Shown here: piece by piece, positions 9,833 through 21,187 of the stretch
Numbering within the stretch: position 1 is the first letter of the stretch
How the letters are laid out: each line of letters opens with the position of its first letter
Assembly (NCBI GenBank): GCA_010909165.1
Contig: VJWM01000025.1
Coordinates: 1,302,001-1,366,000, forward strand
Direction of reading: 5' to 3'
Length of the DNA stretch: 64,000 nucleotides
Source: Anthoceros angustus
Taxonomy: Eukaryota > Plantae > Anthocerotophyta
Program-made: the position numbers and the translations under genes
The notes under the pieces: model-generated
Databases searched by the model: none
The model's input: the letters and a program-made list of their open reading frames with translations, nothing else
Told to the model about the DNA's origin: nothing

Positions 9833-12800
9833 GTGTCTGATGGTCTGGTGATTCGACCTTGCAGGGTTGGCATTGCTGAAGAGGGTTTGGGGGATGGAAG
9901 GTCCAGAGAGCTCAGTCAGGCTGTTGAGGAGTTGGACCTCCGTGTGCGGCAACGATCTGACGTTTCTGACTCTGTTTTCTACCGTATCCTCAAGGGATGC
10001 ATTTCGAAGAAGGATGTGGTGGCTGGCAGGCGTGTTCATTTTCTTGCCCTTCAAGCTGGGCATCAGAGCAATGCATTCCTGGCCAGCCACATAATTCGGA
10101 TGTATGCTTCTCGCGGGAGGTTGGAGGAGGCGATGGAGGTGTTTACCACGTTTGCTGAGCCTGACAAGTTTATGTGGGCTTCCATCATTCTGGCACATGC
10201 TGAACATGGTCAGCCCCTGCAGGCGATAGAGCTGTATCGATGCCTGAAACAGTCGACGTTGAAGGCAAATGATCCCGTTTACATTGCAGTCTTGAAAGCG
10301 TGTGGCAGTGCAACTGATTTAGCTGCAGCTAAGCAGGTGCATGCACATGTTTTAGGCAGTGGTGGTCAGCCGGGAATGTTTATTGGGAGCTGCCTGGTGG
10401 ATACGTATGTGAAATGTGGAAGCTTGGAGGATGCTCGCAGGGTGTTTGATAGCTTGCCTGCAAAGGACGTGGTGACATGGACAGCCATGATCGCGGGGTA
10501 CGCACAGCATGGGCTTGGACACGAAGCCCTAACGTTGTATGCAAGTATGCAACAGGAGGGCATGACTCCAGCTAATCATGTTACTTTTGTTTGCCTCCTC
10601 AAAGCGTGTGCTTCTGTCGGAGCCTTGCACCAGGGGAGGCAGCTGCATCTCCAGCTTCAGGAAAGGGGCTTGGCCTCTGGTTTGGCGGTTGGCAGCAGCC
10701 TTGTGGACATGTATGCAAAATGTGGCAGCGTGGAGGCAGCTCGCAGTGTCTTTGAGGGTTTAAACCAGAGAGACGTGGTGATATGGAATACCATGCTTTC
10801 AGGATATGCTCAGCAAGGGCATGGTCAAGCAGCCCTGCAACTTTATGCAAGCATGCAGCTGGAGGGGTTCATCTCACCCAATGAGGTCACATTTGTATGC
10901 CTCCTTAGAGCTTGTGCTGGCATTGGAGCTTTACACGAGGGTAAGAAGTTGCACCTTGAGATTCGGGAGAGGGGATTGGAAACGGATTTGGTGGTTGGCA
11001 GCAGTCTGGTGGACATGTACATGAAATGTGGGAGCGTGGACGAAGCGCAACAATTATTTGACCGGATGCCTGCACGGGATGTAGTGACGTGGACTGCAAT
11101 GATCACAGGATATGCTCAGCATGGACTGGGACAAGAAGCTCTGGCTCTTTATACGAGCATGCTAAACCAGGGCATCCGTCCTGCCGATCCTGTTACATTT
11201 ACATGCCTACTGAAAGTATGTGCAGGTGTTGGTGACTCAAGCCGAGGACAACAGCTCCATGAACAGATTCGAAATGCAGGGCTGGAAGCTGATTTGATTG
11301 TTGGCAGCAGCCTTGTGGACATGTATGTGAAATGTGGAAGCTTGGCAGATGCCCGTAAGGTCTTTGACAGAATCCCAAAAAAAGATGTGGCAACATGGAA
11401 TGCAATGCTTGCAGGTTATGCTGAGGCTGGCTTTCACCAGGCAGCCCTTAACCTTTACGCCAGTATGCAACAGGAGGGGGTCACCTTAGCTGATTCTCGG
11501 ACATTCGTGTACCTCCTTAAAGCATGTGCCAGCAGTGGTGCTTTAAATGATGGCAAGGAGCTTCATTCCCAGATACGAGAGAAAGGAATGGAAGCACATG
11601 CTGTTTTGGGAAGCAGCCTTGTCACCATGTATGTAAAATGCGGCAGTTTAGATGATGCTCGGAGAGTGTTTGACAGACTGGCCTCAAGGGATGTGGTGGC
11701 ATGGACTGCCATGATCGCAGGGTATGCCCAAAATGGAGATGCTCGGCAAGCCCTTGCTTTATTTCAGAGTATGGAAGAAGATGCTCTCTCTCCAGCTGAC
11801 CAGGCGACCTTTGTGAGCCTTCTGAAGGCATGTGCTAACGCTGGAACTTCTCATCTTGGGAAGCAGCTCCACTCCCAGATTCAGAGAAGAGGGATGGAGC
11901 CTGATGTTGTTGTTGGCACCTGTGTGGTGGACATGTATGCCAGATTTGGTGACTTGGAGGCTGCTCGCAGAGTGTTTGACAGATTGCCAACGCGAAATGT
12001 AGTGACATGGAATGCCATGCTAGCAGGGTATGCTCAGCATGGTCTTGGTCAAGACGCCATCACTCTCTACAGTGACATGAAACAGCAGGCTGCTGTACCG
12101 GCTGATCAAGTTACGTTTCTGTCTCTTTTGAAAGCATGTGCTAGTGTCGGCGCGTTACATCAGGGTCAGCAGCTTCACGAAGAAATCCGGGAACAGGGAT
12201 TGGAAGGTGATGCTATCATTAACAGCGCCCTCATTGACATGTATGCGAAATGTGGGAGCTTAGAAGATGCCCAAAGTGTGTTTGAGCGAGTGCCAACAAG
12301 AGATGTTGTAATGTGGAATGCTATGCTGAACGGGTTTGCCCAACATCAGGATGGTCAAATGGCAATGCACTTTTTCCAGGAGATGCAGGAGCAAGGTGTT
12401 GAGCCTGACGATGCCACTTTTCTCTGTCTTCTTGTGGCATGCAGTCATGCAGGGCTCGTGCACGAGGGACAGCGATATTTCAAATTGATGGTGGAGGACT
12501 ATGGGATCACACCAACTGCCTACCACTTCAACTGCATGGTGGATATATTGGGCCGGTCAGGCCACTTAGAGCAGGCAGAAAACTTGCTACGACGTACAGA
12601 TTGCGGGCATGATGCTGTTGGGTGGACCTCTTTGCTAAGTGCATGCAAAAGCCATGGGGACATATCGCGCGGAATCCGATGTTTTGACCGCCTTGTCCAA
12701 TTGGAACCTCAAAATGCAGCTGCTTACGCCCTCATGTCCACCATGTATGCCAGCGTCGGTAGGTGGAGGGATGCAGAAAGGATAGAGAACCTGCGACAGA

Positions 12801-13198
12801 TAGCAGGTGCTTGCAAGAAGCCTGCAAGGGCCTGGATAGAGGTAGATAGCAAGGTGCATGACTTTCTTGTAGGGGAAGAGAGAGATGACATCTCATCTAA
12901 GCTAAGGAGTGCAAATCTGCAAATCGACGTACAAGGGGATGATGGGCATCATACTGAGCCAGTCATGAAGCCGGATGCTTTGTGTGGACATGCTGAGAAA
13001 CTGGCACTTGCCTATGGTCTGCTGAACACTCCGGATGGCACACCTTTGTTAGTCACTAAAAACCTTCGGATGTGCAATGACTGCCACAGTGGAACCAAGA
13101 TTCTGTCGAGAGTGGAAAGGCGAGAGATCATAGTTAGAGATGCACATCGTGTCCACCACTTTGTGGACGGGTGTTGTTCCTGCGGGGATCGGCACTGA
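9833..13198 (+). CDS. PLS-class PPR RNA-editing factor with DYW:KP domain, C-terminus DRH; start probably in an upstream exon
   Basis: About 8 PLS triplets, then KKPARAWIEV, LCGHAEKLALAYGLL, RMCNDCH and CCSCGDRH*. The ORF begins at GTG just after a tcttcag acceptor at 9827. Confidence 0.95.
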   Translation: MSDGLVIRPCRVGIAEEGLGDGRSRELSQAVEELDLRVRQRSDVSDSVFYRILKGCISKKDVVAGRRVHFLALQAGHQSNAFLASHIIRMYASRGRLEEAMEVFTTFAEPDKFMWASIILAHAEHGQPLQAIELYRCLKQSTLKANDPVYIAVLKACGSATDLAAAKQVHAHVLGSGGQPGMFIGSCLVDTYVKCGSLEDARRVFDSLPAKDVVTWTAMIAGYAQHGLGHEALTLYASMQQEGMTPANHVTFVCLLKACASVGALHQGRQLHLQLQERGLASGLAVGSSLVDMYAKCGSVEAARSVFEGLNQRDVVIWNTMLSGYAQQGHGQAALQLYASMQLEGFISPNEVTFVCLLRACAGIGALHEGKKLHLEIRERGLETDLVVGSSLVDMYMKCGSVDEAQQLFDRMPARDVVTWTAMITGYAQHGLGQEALALYTSMLNQGIRPADPVTFTCLLKVCAGVGDSSRGQQLHEQIRNAGLEADLIVGSSLVDMYVKCGSLADARKVFDRIPKKDVATWNAMLAGYAEAGFHQAALNLYASMQQEGVTLADSRTFVYLLKACASSGALNDGKELHSQIREKGMEAHAVLGSSLVTMYVKCGSLDDARRVFDRLASRDVVAWTAMIAGYAQNGDARQALALFQSMEEDALSPADQATFVSLLKACANAGTSHLGKQLHSQIQRRGMEPDVVVGTCVVDMYARFGDLEAARRVFDRLPTRNVVTWNAMLAGYAQHGLGQDAITLYSDMKQQAAVPADQVTFLSLLKACASVGALHQGQQLHEEIREQGLEGDAIINSALIDMYAKCGSLEDAQSVFERVPTRDVVMWNAMLNGFAQHQDGQMAMHFFQEMQEQGVEPDDATFLCLLVACSHAGLVHEGQRYFKLMVEDYGITPTAYHFNCMVDILGRSGHLEQAENLLRRTDCGHDAVGWTSLLSACKSHGDISRGIRCFDRLVQLEPQNAAAYALMSTMYASVGRWRDAERIENLRQIAGACKKPARAWIEVDSKVHDFLVGEERDDISSKLRSANLQIDVQGDDGHHTEPVMKPDALCGHAEKLALAYGLLNTPDGTPLLVTKNLRMCNDCHSGTKILSRVERREIIVRDAHRVHHFVDGCCSCGDRH

Positions 13199-13546
13199 TG
13201 AACTTCATACATCTGTGCGTCTGTGCACTGCACATCGTATTGGCTAGAGCTGGCGGGGGCTGCAACTGTGGCAAGCAACACATCTTTGCACGCTTCATGA
13301 TCTAGAGTTTCCAGAAGATCGATTTCGAACTTATTGCATCCAACCCAGCACAGGCAATGTAAAACCCTATGTAGTACGTCAAGTCTCGACTCGACCATGA
13401 ATCAGACCAGAAACGAGTTGGAGAAACTTCTGAATTGAAAGGGATCAAAAATTGAAATTGTATTGTCTAGTGGATGAAAGCAGACTGTCGGAGATCGGTT
13501 ACACATCCTGTGCGTCAAGCAGACCTGGATTGAGCACAAGGAGAAG

Positions 13547-15168
13547 ATGAGCGCCGGGACCTTGCCTGGAGAGGTTGCAGGAGTTGTCAGCTCTGGTGAT
13601 GAGTCCCCCATGGAGTTGGAGTTGTCGGGCGACCTCGAAACGGATGCAAGAATTATTACAGCCAAGCTTGTGGATGCAGACGAAGACGAGGATGTTGTGC
13701 GCTTAAATCCGGCTACTTCAACATGTCGCAGCACACGAGCAGAGGGGTCTACGAGTGGCCATGAAATGGCGGAGGACACAAGCCCTGATGCACCAAAGCA
13801 GTTCTTGGAGTGGCTCATCTCTCCTATGGCACTGGACGTATTTCTGCGCGATTACTTTGAGCGGGACCCGTTTGTGATACACCGTTCTAACAAGAGGGAT
13901 TTCTTTAAGGGATGGTTCGGGAAGCAGGATGTGGAGGAGCTGATTGCGAGCGACAAAAACCTCAAGTACGGGCTGCACGTGGACGTGACTAGATACCAGG
14001 ATGGGGCAAGGGTGAATCTCGATGCCGAAGGCGTTGTGGATCCGGCTGTGGTTTGGAATCAGTTCTCCAAGGGCTGGTCCGTCAGGGTGCTTCATCCTGA
14101 GAGGTGGAATGATTCCATGTTTTTGGTGCTCTCTGCCTTTGAGAGATTCTGGAATAGCGTGGCTGGTTGCAATGCTTACCTCACGCCTGCTGGAGCTCAG
14201 GGTTTTAGCCCGCATTATGATGACATCGATGCCTTCATCATCCAGACAGAGGGGAGGAAGAGGTGGAAGTTATACAGGCCTCTGAGTGCGGAGGAGGTGC
14301 TTCCCAGGTTTCCCAGCCGGGACTTTAAAGAGGAGGAACTTGGGCCAGTTCTGCTAGATGATGTGTTAGAGCCAGGAGACTTGCTGTGAGTACAAACTTT
14401 CTCGTACAGTTCTTCGACATTGCTGATGGGAGAGTTTTGGCAGTACTGACTGATGTTTCCTTGATTAGGTATATGCCACGAGGAATTATCCACCAAGCTG
14501 TAGCAGCCGCAGATACCAGCCATTCAATGCATGTAACGGTGTCCGTTAACCAGCTCAACACTTGGGCAGATTATCTCCAAGGACTTTGGCCTGCAGCTTT
14601 AGAGCTGGCTACGACGGACTACTCAATTTTCAGGAAAACCCTTCCCAGAGACTTCCTGAATGTGATGGGAGTGGCACAAAGCGATAAGAAGTCTGCTCGA
14701 AGAACTACTTGCTTGAGGCGGGCGTCTCAGTGCATGACGAATGTCGCGAAATCAGCACCCTGGGATGCCTATGCAGATCAGATAGCGCTGAAATTTATGA
14801 GGTCTCGATTGCCTTTGCCCCCTTCCTTCCAACAGACCAAGACATCGTCTGGGGAGACTTGCCTGCTGACGTGGACATCACGGGTGCGAATGGTAGCACC
14901 ACTCGTAGCAAGACTGTTTGTGGAGGACGAACGAGCTATCTTATGTCATGCATTGAGCAATAGGAGGGAGGTACACAATGAACATGAAGATGGTCAAGAG
15001 CTTTCTGTCCTCGATTATCCTATTCAATACACTGAAGCACTGGAACAGTTGCTTGGGGCCTCTGACTCCCCTATCTCAGTGGCATCCCTAGCCCTTGATT
15101 CCAAGAAGCAGTCCCTGGACCTGGTAAAAGAGTTACATGAAGTTGGACTCCTCGTGATTGTGGACTGA
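13547..15168 (+). CDS. JmjC/cupin-4 ribosomal oxygenase, NO66/MINA53 (RIOX) family, 2 exons
   Basis: NAYLTPAGAQGFSPHYDDIDAFIIQTEGRKRW..LEPGDLL|YMPRGIIHQA with the HxD..H iron motif; intron 14386..14468 joins the two ORFs in frame. Confidence 0.92.
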
Positions 15169-15495
15169 GGACCCTCAGCTGTGAAGTCTGTAGTAAATTT
15201 TGCAGATCCTAGGTGCACAGGCTGATCCCCAGTTCGAACAATGAGGCAGATGCAATGACACAACAGGGAGATAAAACACGGTGGAATCCCTCGTCTTCGC
15301 GTGCTTCATCCGACTTGAACTTCGAGTCCGACGAATGCATTTCTTGCAATGCCCGCAGATAGTAGCATCTCACAATACTATCGGACAAGGTGCGGCACAC
15401 CGACGAGCAGGAGATGTTCACAGACACAGCCAATAAGCTGCACCTACTGTATCTCCTTCGACAAACTATCCCAGCGTCTGTCAGGGGCAAACCAG

Positions 15496-18400
15496 ATGGT
15501 TGTCGTTCTTAAGGCCGGTGAGTGGTATCCTGTGCCTGCTCATAGCACGTCATTCACACAGAGGTCTACTCCGCCTCTTGTTGCAAGCACGTTTGTAGAC
15601 CGGACAAAGGAAGATGCTTCGGATAGCAGGTGTCCTACCAAGGACTCCGCCGGTAGGCACCAGGAGCTCTTGTGGCGACAGTTTTTCCTGGACCATACAC
15701 TCTGGTGGGATAACAGACGACGCAAGAAGAATGTTCGATATTCGCCTGACTTCAGGCATAGGGAATCCCTAGAGGTACTCTGGCTGAACGACAAGAACAA
15801 GCCAGCTTGGGTTGATGGGCAGCTGGCTGCTCTCGATATGCGCCTTGGTCGTGGAGGATACGATAGGGGCGTAACGGCTGAAACCGTGAGCCTATTATGT
15901 GAGCAGGGCGAGCTTGCTGAGGCTGTCGAAGCCTTGGGGGTTCTGGTGCACACAGACTGTTGTGTCTCTCAGTCTCTGTTTTATACTGTCCTGAAAAAAT
16001 GTGTGGGTCAGAGGAATCTGGTTCTGGGTCGCCGAGTTCATGCTCTCACTGTGCAAGGGGAGTGCGAGTCGGACACGTTCTTGTGCAACCACATTATGCA
16101 AATGTATGCTTCTTATGGCAGGTTGCAAGATGCGATGAATGTGTTTGCAGCGGTTGCTAAACCAAATGCATTTACCTGGTCTGCCATAATTTCTGCGCAC
16201 GTGAAACATGGACAAGATAAGCAGGCCATGCTCTTGTATCACCAGATGCGCAGCTCAAGTATGAAGCCAGATGGCTATGTGTTTGTAGCAGCGCTTCAGG
16301 CTTGTGCAAGGGGCCAAGATCTGCAATCTGGGCAGCAGGTGCATGCTGATGTGCTGGCCAGTGGGGTTGAGCCTGATTTGTTTGTTTGTAACTCCCTGGT
16401 GGATATGTATGCAAAGTGTGGATGCTGGGACGAGGCTCGACGAGTGTTTGATGGTCTTGGTCAAAAAGATGTGGTGACATGGAATGCCATGATTGCAGGG
16501 TACTCCCAGCAGGGGATGGGGCAGGAAGCTCTGGATCTTCACAAGGCTATGCAAGACGAAGGTGTCGTTGCACCTGATTCTGTAACATTCGTATGCCTCC
16601 TGCAAGCATGTGCAAGTTGGGGCGCTCCGGCTTTGGAGAAAGGGAAGCAGCTTCATGAACAAATCAGAAGACGAGGTCTCCAGATTGATGTGTTTGTAGC
16701 AAACAATTTGGTGAACATGTATGCGAAGTGTGGCAGCTTGGATGATGCTCAACTAATATTTGATGGACTTCGTCACAGGGACGTGGTCACGTGGAATGCG
16801 CTGATTGGAGGATATTCCCAGCAGGGCAGGGGGCAGCAAGCTCTTGGTCTTCACACAGTCATGCAAGAAGAAGGATCTGTAGCACCAGATGCTGTGACAT
16901 TTAGGTGCCTCCTGCAGGCATGTGCAGGTGTGGGGATCTCAAGTTTGGAGAAGGGGAAGGAGCTTCACAGAGAACTTAGAGAACGAGGGTTTCTGGCTGA
17001 TGTGTTCGTTGGCAACAGTTTGGTAGACATGTATGCAAAGTGTGGCAGCCTCGAGGATGCTCGAAGCGTCTTTGACGGACTGTGTCAAAAAAATGTGGTG
17101 ACGTGGAGTGCCATGATAGCTGGGTATTCCCAGCAAGGCATGGGTGAGGAAGCCCTTGGTCTTTACAAGGCTATGCAACAGGAAGACATCAGTGCTCCTG
17201 ATTCTGTGACTTTTGTGTCCCTCCTGCAGGCATGTGCAAGCACCCAGGCTTTGGAGAAGGGGAGGCAGCTTCATGCACGAATTAAAGAAGAAAACCTTGA
17301 AGCTGACTTGTTTGTAGCCAGCAGTTTGATAAGCATGTATGCAAAGTGCGGCAGCCTGGAGGATGCTCGGGGTGTGTTTGACAAACTTGGCCAAAAGAAT
17401 GTGGTGACATGGAGTGCGATTATAGCAGCATACTCACAGCAAGGCATGGGGCAGGAAGCCCTTGGCCTTTACACGGCTATGCAAGAAGAAGGACTTGTCA
17501 CACCCAATTCTGTCACCTTCGTGAGCCTCCTGCAAGCATGTGCAAGTGTAGGCACGCCGAGTTTGGATAAGGGGAAGCAGCTTCATGCACAAATTAGAGA
17601 AAAAGGGCTTGAGGGTGATGCGTGTATAGCCAACAGTTTGGTATACATGTATGCAAAGTGTGGCAGCTTGGAAGATGCTCAAAGTCTGTTTGATGGACTT
17701 GATACAAAGGATGTGGTGACTTGGAATGCCATGATTGCAGGATATTCCCACCACGGCATGGGCCAGGAAGCCCTTCATCTGTACAGGGCTATGCAATCAG
17801 ACGGCATAGCTGTGCCCGATTCTCTAACATTTGTATGCCTCCTGCAAGCCTGTGCACGCGTGGCAGCTTTGCATGTGGGCAAGCAGCTTCATGCTCAGAT
17901 AGAAGACATGGGCCTTGGAGCCAACGCGACTCTAGGCAACAGTCTGATAAACATGTACGCAAAATCTGGGAGCATGGTTAACGCTCAGCAGATATTCGAT
18001 GCATTACCCGAGAGAGGCGTTGTCACCTGGAGTGCACTGATTGCAGGATATACCCGCCAAGGAGACAGTGAAAAAGTGTTCGACCTGCTTTCCAAAATGA
18101 GAGAGGACGGGATACAGCCAGAAGGCATCACATTCCTTGGTGTACTGACAGTATGCAGTCATACGGGTCTAGTGACCAAGGGCCGAGAGTACTTCGAAGC
18201 CATGAGCACGCAATTTCACATCACTCCCACGGTGGAGCATTACACATGCATGGTGGATCTCCTGGGTCGTGCAGGCCAACTGCGCGAGGCACTATATCTG
18301 GTAACAACAATGCCTGTGCCGCCTAACGCTTCAGTTTGGCACACTCTGTTGGGTGCTTGCCGAAAATGGGGCAACGTGCAGGTGGGACGTCATGCCTTCG

Positions 18401-18696
18401 ATGAAGCCGTGAAGCTAGACGAGAAGGATGCTGCAGCATATGTGCTGATGCTGAACATCTACAGCGGTGCCCAGATGTGGGAGCAGGCTCGCCAAATGCA
18501 GGCCAGGAGAATAGGGATGAGGGCATGGAAGCAGCCAGGACAGACCTGGTGGACAGACATGGACGGACTGGTGCATAATTTTCTGGTCGGGGACAAGAAG
18601 CATCCTGAGAGTGAAGCTATATATGCAACACTGCAACAGCTCCAACCCAAAATCATGAACGAAGGTTATGTCCCACATGTTGCTTCACCGCATTAG
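15496..18696 (+). CDS. PLS-class PPR protein with complete N-terminal PDF motif, E1/E2, WW-type PG box and truncated DYW (no HxE or CxxC)
   Basis: First ATG in the ORF frame is at 15496. PDF motif at 15664..15825, about 7 PLS triplets, then WKQPGQTWW..GDKKHPESEAIY..GYVPHVASPH*. Confidence 0.92.
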   Translation: MVVVLKAGEWYPVPAHSTSFTQRSTPPLVASTFVDRTKEDASDSRCPTKDSAGRHQELLWRQFFLDHTLWWDNRRRKKNVRYSPDFRHRESLEVLWLNDKNKPAWVDGQLAALDMRLGRGGYDRGVTAETVSLLCEQGELAEAVEALGVLVHTDCCVSQSLFYTVLKKCVGQRNLVLGRRVHALTVQGECESDTFLCNHIMQMYASYGRLQDAMNVFAAVAKPNAFTWSAIISAHVKHGQDKQAMLLYHQMRSSSMKPDGYVFVAALQACARGQDLQSGQQVHADVLASGVEPDLFVCNSLVDMYAKCGCWDEARRVFDGLGQKDVVTWNAMIAGYSQQGMGQEALDLHKAMQDEGVVAPDSVTFVCLLQACASWGAPALEKGKQLHEQIRRRGLQIDVFVANNLVNMYAKCGSLDDAQLIFDGLRHRDVVTWNALIGGYSQQGRGQQALGLHTVMQEEGSVAPDAVTFRCLLQACAGVGISSLEKGKELHRELRERGFLADVFVGNSLVDMYAKCGSLEDARSVFDGLCQKNVVTWSAMIAGYSQQGMGEEALGLYKAMQQEDISAPDSVTFVSLLQACASTQALEKGRQLHARIKEENLEADLFVASSLISMYAKCGSLEDARGVFDKLGQKNVVTWSAIIAAYSQQGMGQEALGLYTAMQEEGLVTPNSVTFVSLLQACASVGTPSLDKGKQLHAQIREKGLEGDACIANSLVYMYAKCGSLEDAQSLFDGLDTKDVVTWNAMIAGYSHHGMGQEALHLYRAMQSDGIAVPDSLTFVCLLQACARVAALHVGKQLHAQIEDMGLGANATLGNSLINMYAKSGSMVNAQQIFDALPERGVVTWSALIAGYTRQGDSEKVFDLLSKMREDGIQPEGITFLGVLTVCSHTGLVTKGREYFEAMSTQFHITPTVEHYTCMVDLLGRAGQLREALYLVTTMPVPPNASVWHTLLGACRKWGNVQVGRHAFDEAVKLDEKDAAAYVLMLNIYSGAQMWEQARQMQARRIGMRAWKQPGQTWWTDMDGLVHNFLVGDKKHPESEAIYATLQQLQPKIMNEGYVPHVASPH
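15664..15825 (+). other. OSB-type PDF motif (complete)
   Basis: ELLWRQFFLDHTLWWDNRRRKKNVRYSPDFRHRESLEVLWLNDKNKPAWVDGQL. Confidence 0.85.
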
Positions 18697-18849
18697 AGCC
18701 TTACCTGGCTTGATGGCTTTGGTTTCGTACTAATACTAATGGAGGTACGTAATAAGAACACACACACAGCTCAAACACGAACGCTGCCTGTGCCTAACTT
18801 GTAGGTGTCTACAAGGAAGAAATGGATTGATCTAGTTGTAGCTATGTAT

Positions 18850-20273
18850 CTATGCATGGGACTCCAAACACTCGAGCTGAAAGTGCAAGCCGTTTTTGTT
18901 GAGCCTTTCTTGCAGGTCGGTGGTGGCGAAGACAGCTCCAGGCGTGAAGACCCCTCCCTTGGGCAAGGCCATTCTGTGATCCAGCACCAGAAGCGCAGCC
19001 TGCACCAGGCAAATGGGAGTGGTGATGTAGCCCATTTCAGGCCCCGTGATGCGAGTGACAATCACCTTGTCCGGCAATCGTGAGTCGCCTTGAGCAACCG
19101 CGCTGCTGTATCCTTTTCCCACAAACCACATGGAGAAGCTCATGTTGTTGATGGCCTCCTCGGTCGGCCCCTCCTTGGAGAAGATCCCCATCGAGCACAG
19201 TCTGGGGTGGTGCAGCAGCCATCTCTTGCCCCAGGAGAACTGCGCCAACCAGGCCCACACGGACGCCATCAACATGATGCACAGCAGAGGTACGCAGTTC
19301 CTGGACGACAGGTAGCACCCGTAATGGGCAGGCCTGAGAGACCGCCATTTCTGCTTCCTGCTCTCGGAGTCGGCATGGGAGTCCAGCCCGTCTGGATTGG
19401 TGGCCCACGTCGACTGCGTTCTGCGGACAACAGTGGCGTCAGCCACGGGGAGCTTCAGCGCCCACTTCCCGATCTTCTCCTCCCACTGCAGCAGCCCTGG
19501 CTTCCTGGCCGGGATCCCGGCAATCTGCAGCCGCCAGCGATGCTCATTGCTCAGCCCGGGCATTGCAGGAAGGAAGGACGAGAGATGGAGGGAGGGAGCA
19601 GGATGGATGTGAGCAGTACCTGAGGGCGAGTCCTGCGAGGGACGCTGCTTCTGATTTCCGCCAGCATGTGGGCACTGGAGAGCGAGAGAATGAGGGACTC
19701 GTAGGTGCCGAAGTTGATGACAGCTCCCCGGTGCCGGGTCTTGGATGCGCCCATGACGTAGGAATCGACGCTGTTGGGAGTCCAGTCTCGCTTCAGGAAT
19801 TCCTTGGTGGTGTACTGCACGCCGATCTCTGCCGGGATGGAGTCGTATCCGCAGGCCGAGACGATGAGGCACTGGTTCTGCACCGCCGGCTTGTGGTACT
19901 TCATCTCCATCCTCTCCATGAAGGCTGGCTCCCCGCAGATATCCAGGTAATCCACCCCGGCTTGCACGCATGCTGCCACCACGGGCTCCCCGTACGTGCT
20001 GTAAGGCCCCACGCAGGAGACGAGCAGCTTGGTGTGCTTGCACAGGGTGGCGAGGGAGTCGGGCTGGAACACGTCTGCCTCCAGGATTGGGATTCTGGTG
20101 AGCAGGGAGGGACCTCCCGCCCAGATCAGCGTGGCAGCCAGCTTGCTCTTGTCCCGTCCGGCGATGCCGATTTTCTTGTTGAACTTGAGGAATTCACGAA
20201 CCACGTACTTCCCAGTGAAGCCTGAAGCTCCAAGTATAATGACATCCAGCAACAGTCCCTGCTCTGCGGCCAT
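18850..20273 (-). CDS. Saccharopine dehydrogenase-like oxidoreductase (SCCPDH-like), 2 exons
   Basis: DVIILGASGFTGKYVVRE, CVGPYSTYGEPVVAAC, SACGYDSIPAEIG and GPEMGYITTPICLVQAAL; intron 19525..19619. Confidence 0.93.
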
Positions 20274-21160
20274 GGCTTCCACAGTTCTCAGGCTTCGAGG
20301 ACCAATTCAGTGGTAGACCAAAGAGTGCTCAGCCTGGGATGACTGAGGAGATGGCCAGACTGATGTGGGAATGCCAGAAGCATGCTTGCAGGTCGTGGAG
20401 CTCTATGGGTGCATACAAGTGGTGACATTAATGGTACCCACCAACTGTCCGCGGGCCTGGACATCTACCAACTTGCTTTGGATCACTCCAGGACCTGTGC
20501 TGCCGGGTACTTCGCTCTCACTCGCTCCCTTGGCCCCAACATAAAGCTGCTGCGCAGAAACAGTCTGTCATGCTGCTTGCCTTTGCAACGGCTTACTTAA
20601 AGACATGGATGTTGCCGTTCCGATTGCAGTACATGGAAGTGGGCGATTCACGTGGAGCTCTCGGTCTTGCCTAGACCTGGGTGGACTTGGATCTGCCTCA
20701 TACCAAAGTGCTCTGCAGCGAGGCCGATGGATCTCTCTGCATGCGCAGTCTGCTGTCAATGCTCCTCTCTCCAGATGAGTACTAGTACTCTGTACTCAGG
20801 GCGTCATGTAGTGGAGTAAATACATGTACTTACGCAGAATTGATCACAAGGCACATGGACACATGCCACATTAAGTAGCCTCTACCGACGGCCTCCCATA
20901 CATGAACTGGGAGAAACATTGCACATCCGGGAACGACAACGAGGAACGCAACTTTAATTCCCAGCTTCTTCTTTAATTCCCAACTTCTTTTTTCCTTTCA
21001 ATGATTTCCTATTCTGGGGTTTTGTAGCGCCCAATGCAGCACGATGGATGATGGTGAAAAGGTTGTTCTTCAAGGATGTGAAATAGGCTGTGCTTAAATG
21101 TTGTGGTGTGATGGGATGCTGCGACGTGGGTTGTTTTGGAAGTTATGGAATATATCTTTT

Positions 21161-21187
21161 TATATATATATACATATATATATATAT
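21161..21187. repeat. (TA)n microsatellite
   Basis: tatatatatatacatatatatatatat. Confidence 0.85.

Noticed and set aside
18850-20225. 397-aa minus ORF and 220-aa plus ORF
   Set aside because: The first is exon 2 of the SCCPDH-like gene read through an intron from a wrong frame; the second is antisense in GC-rich coding DNA.
20777-20790. 14-bp palindrome gagtactagtactc
   Set aside because: Isolated and short; no supporting element structure.
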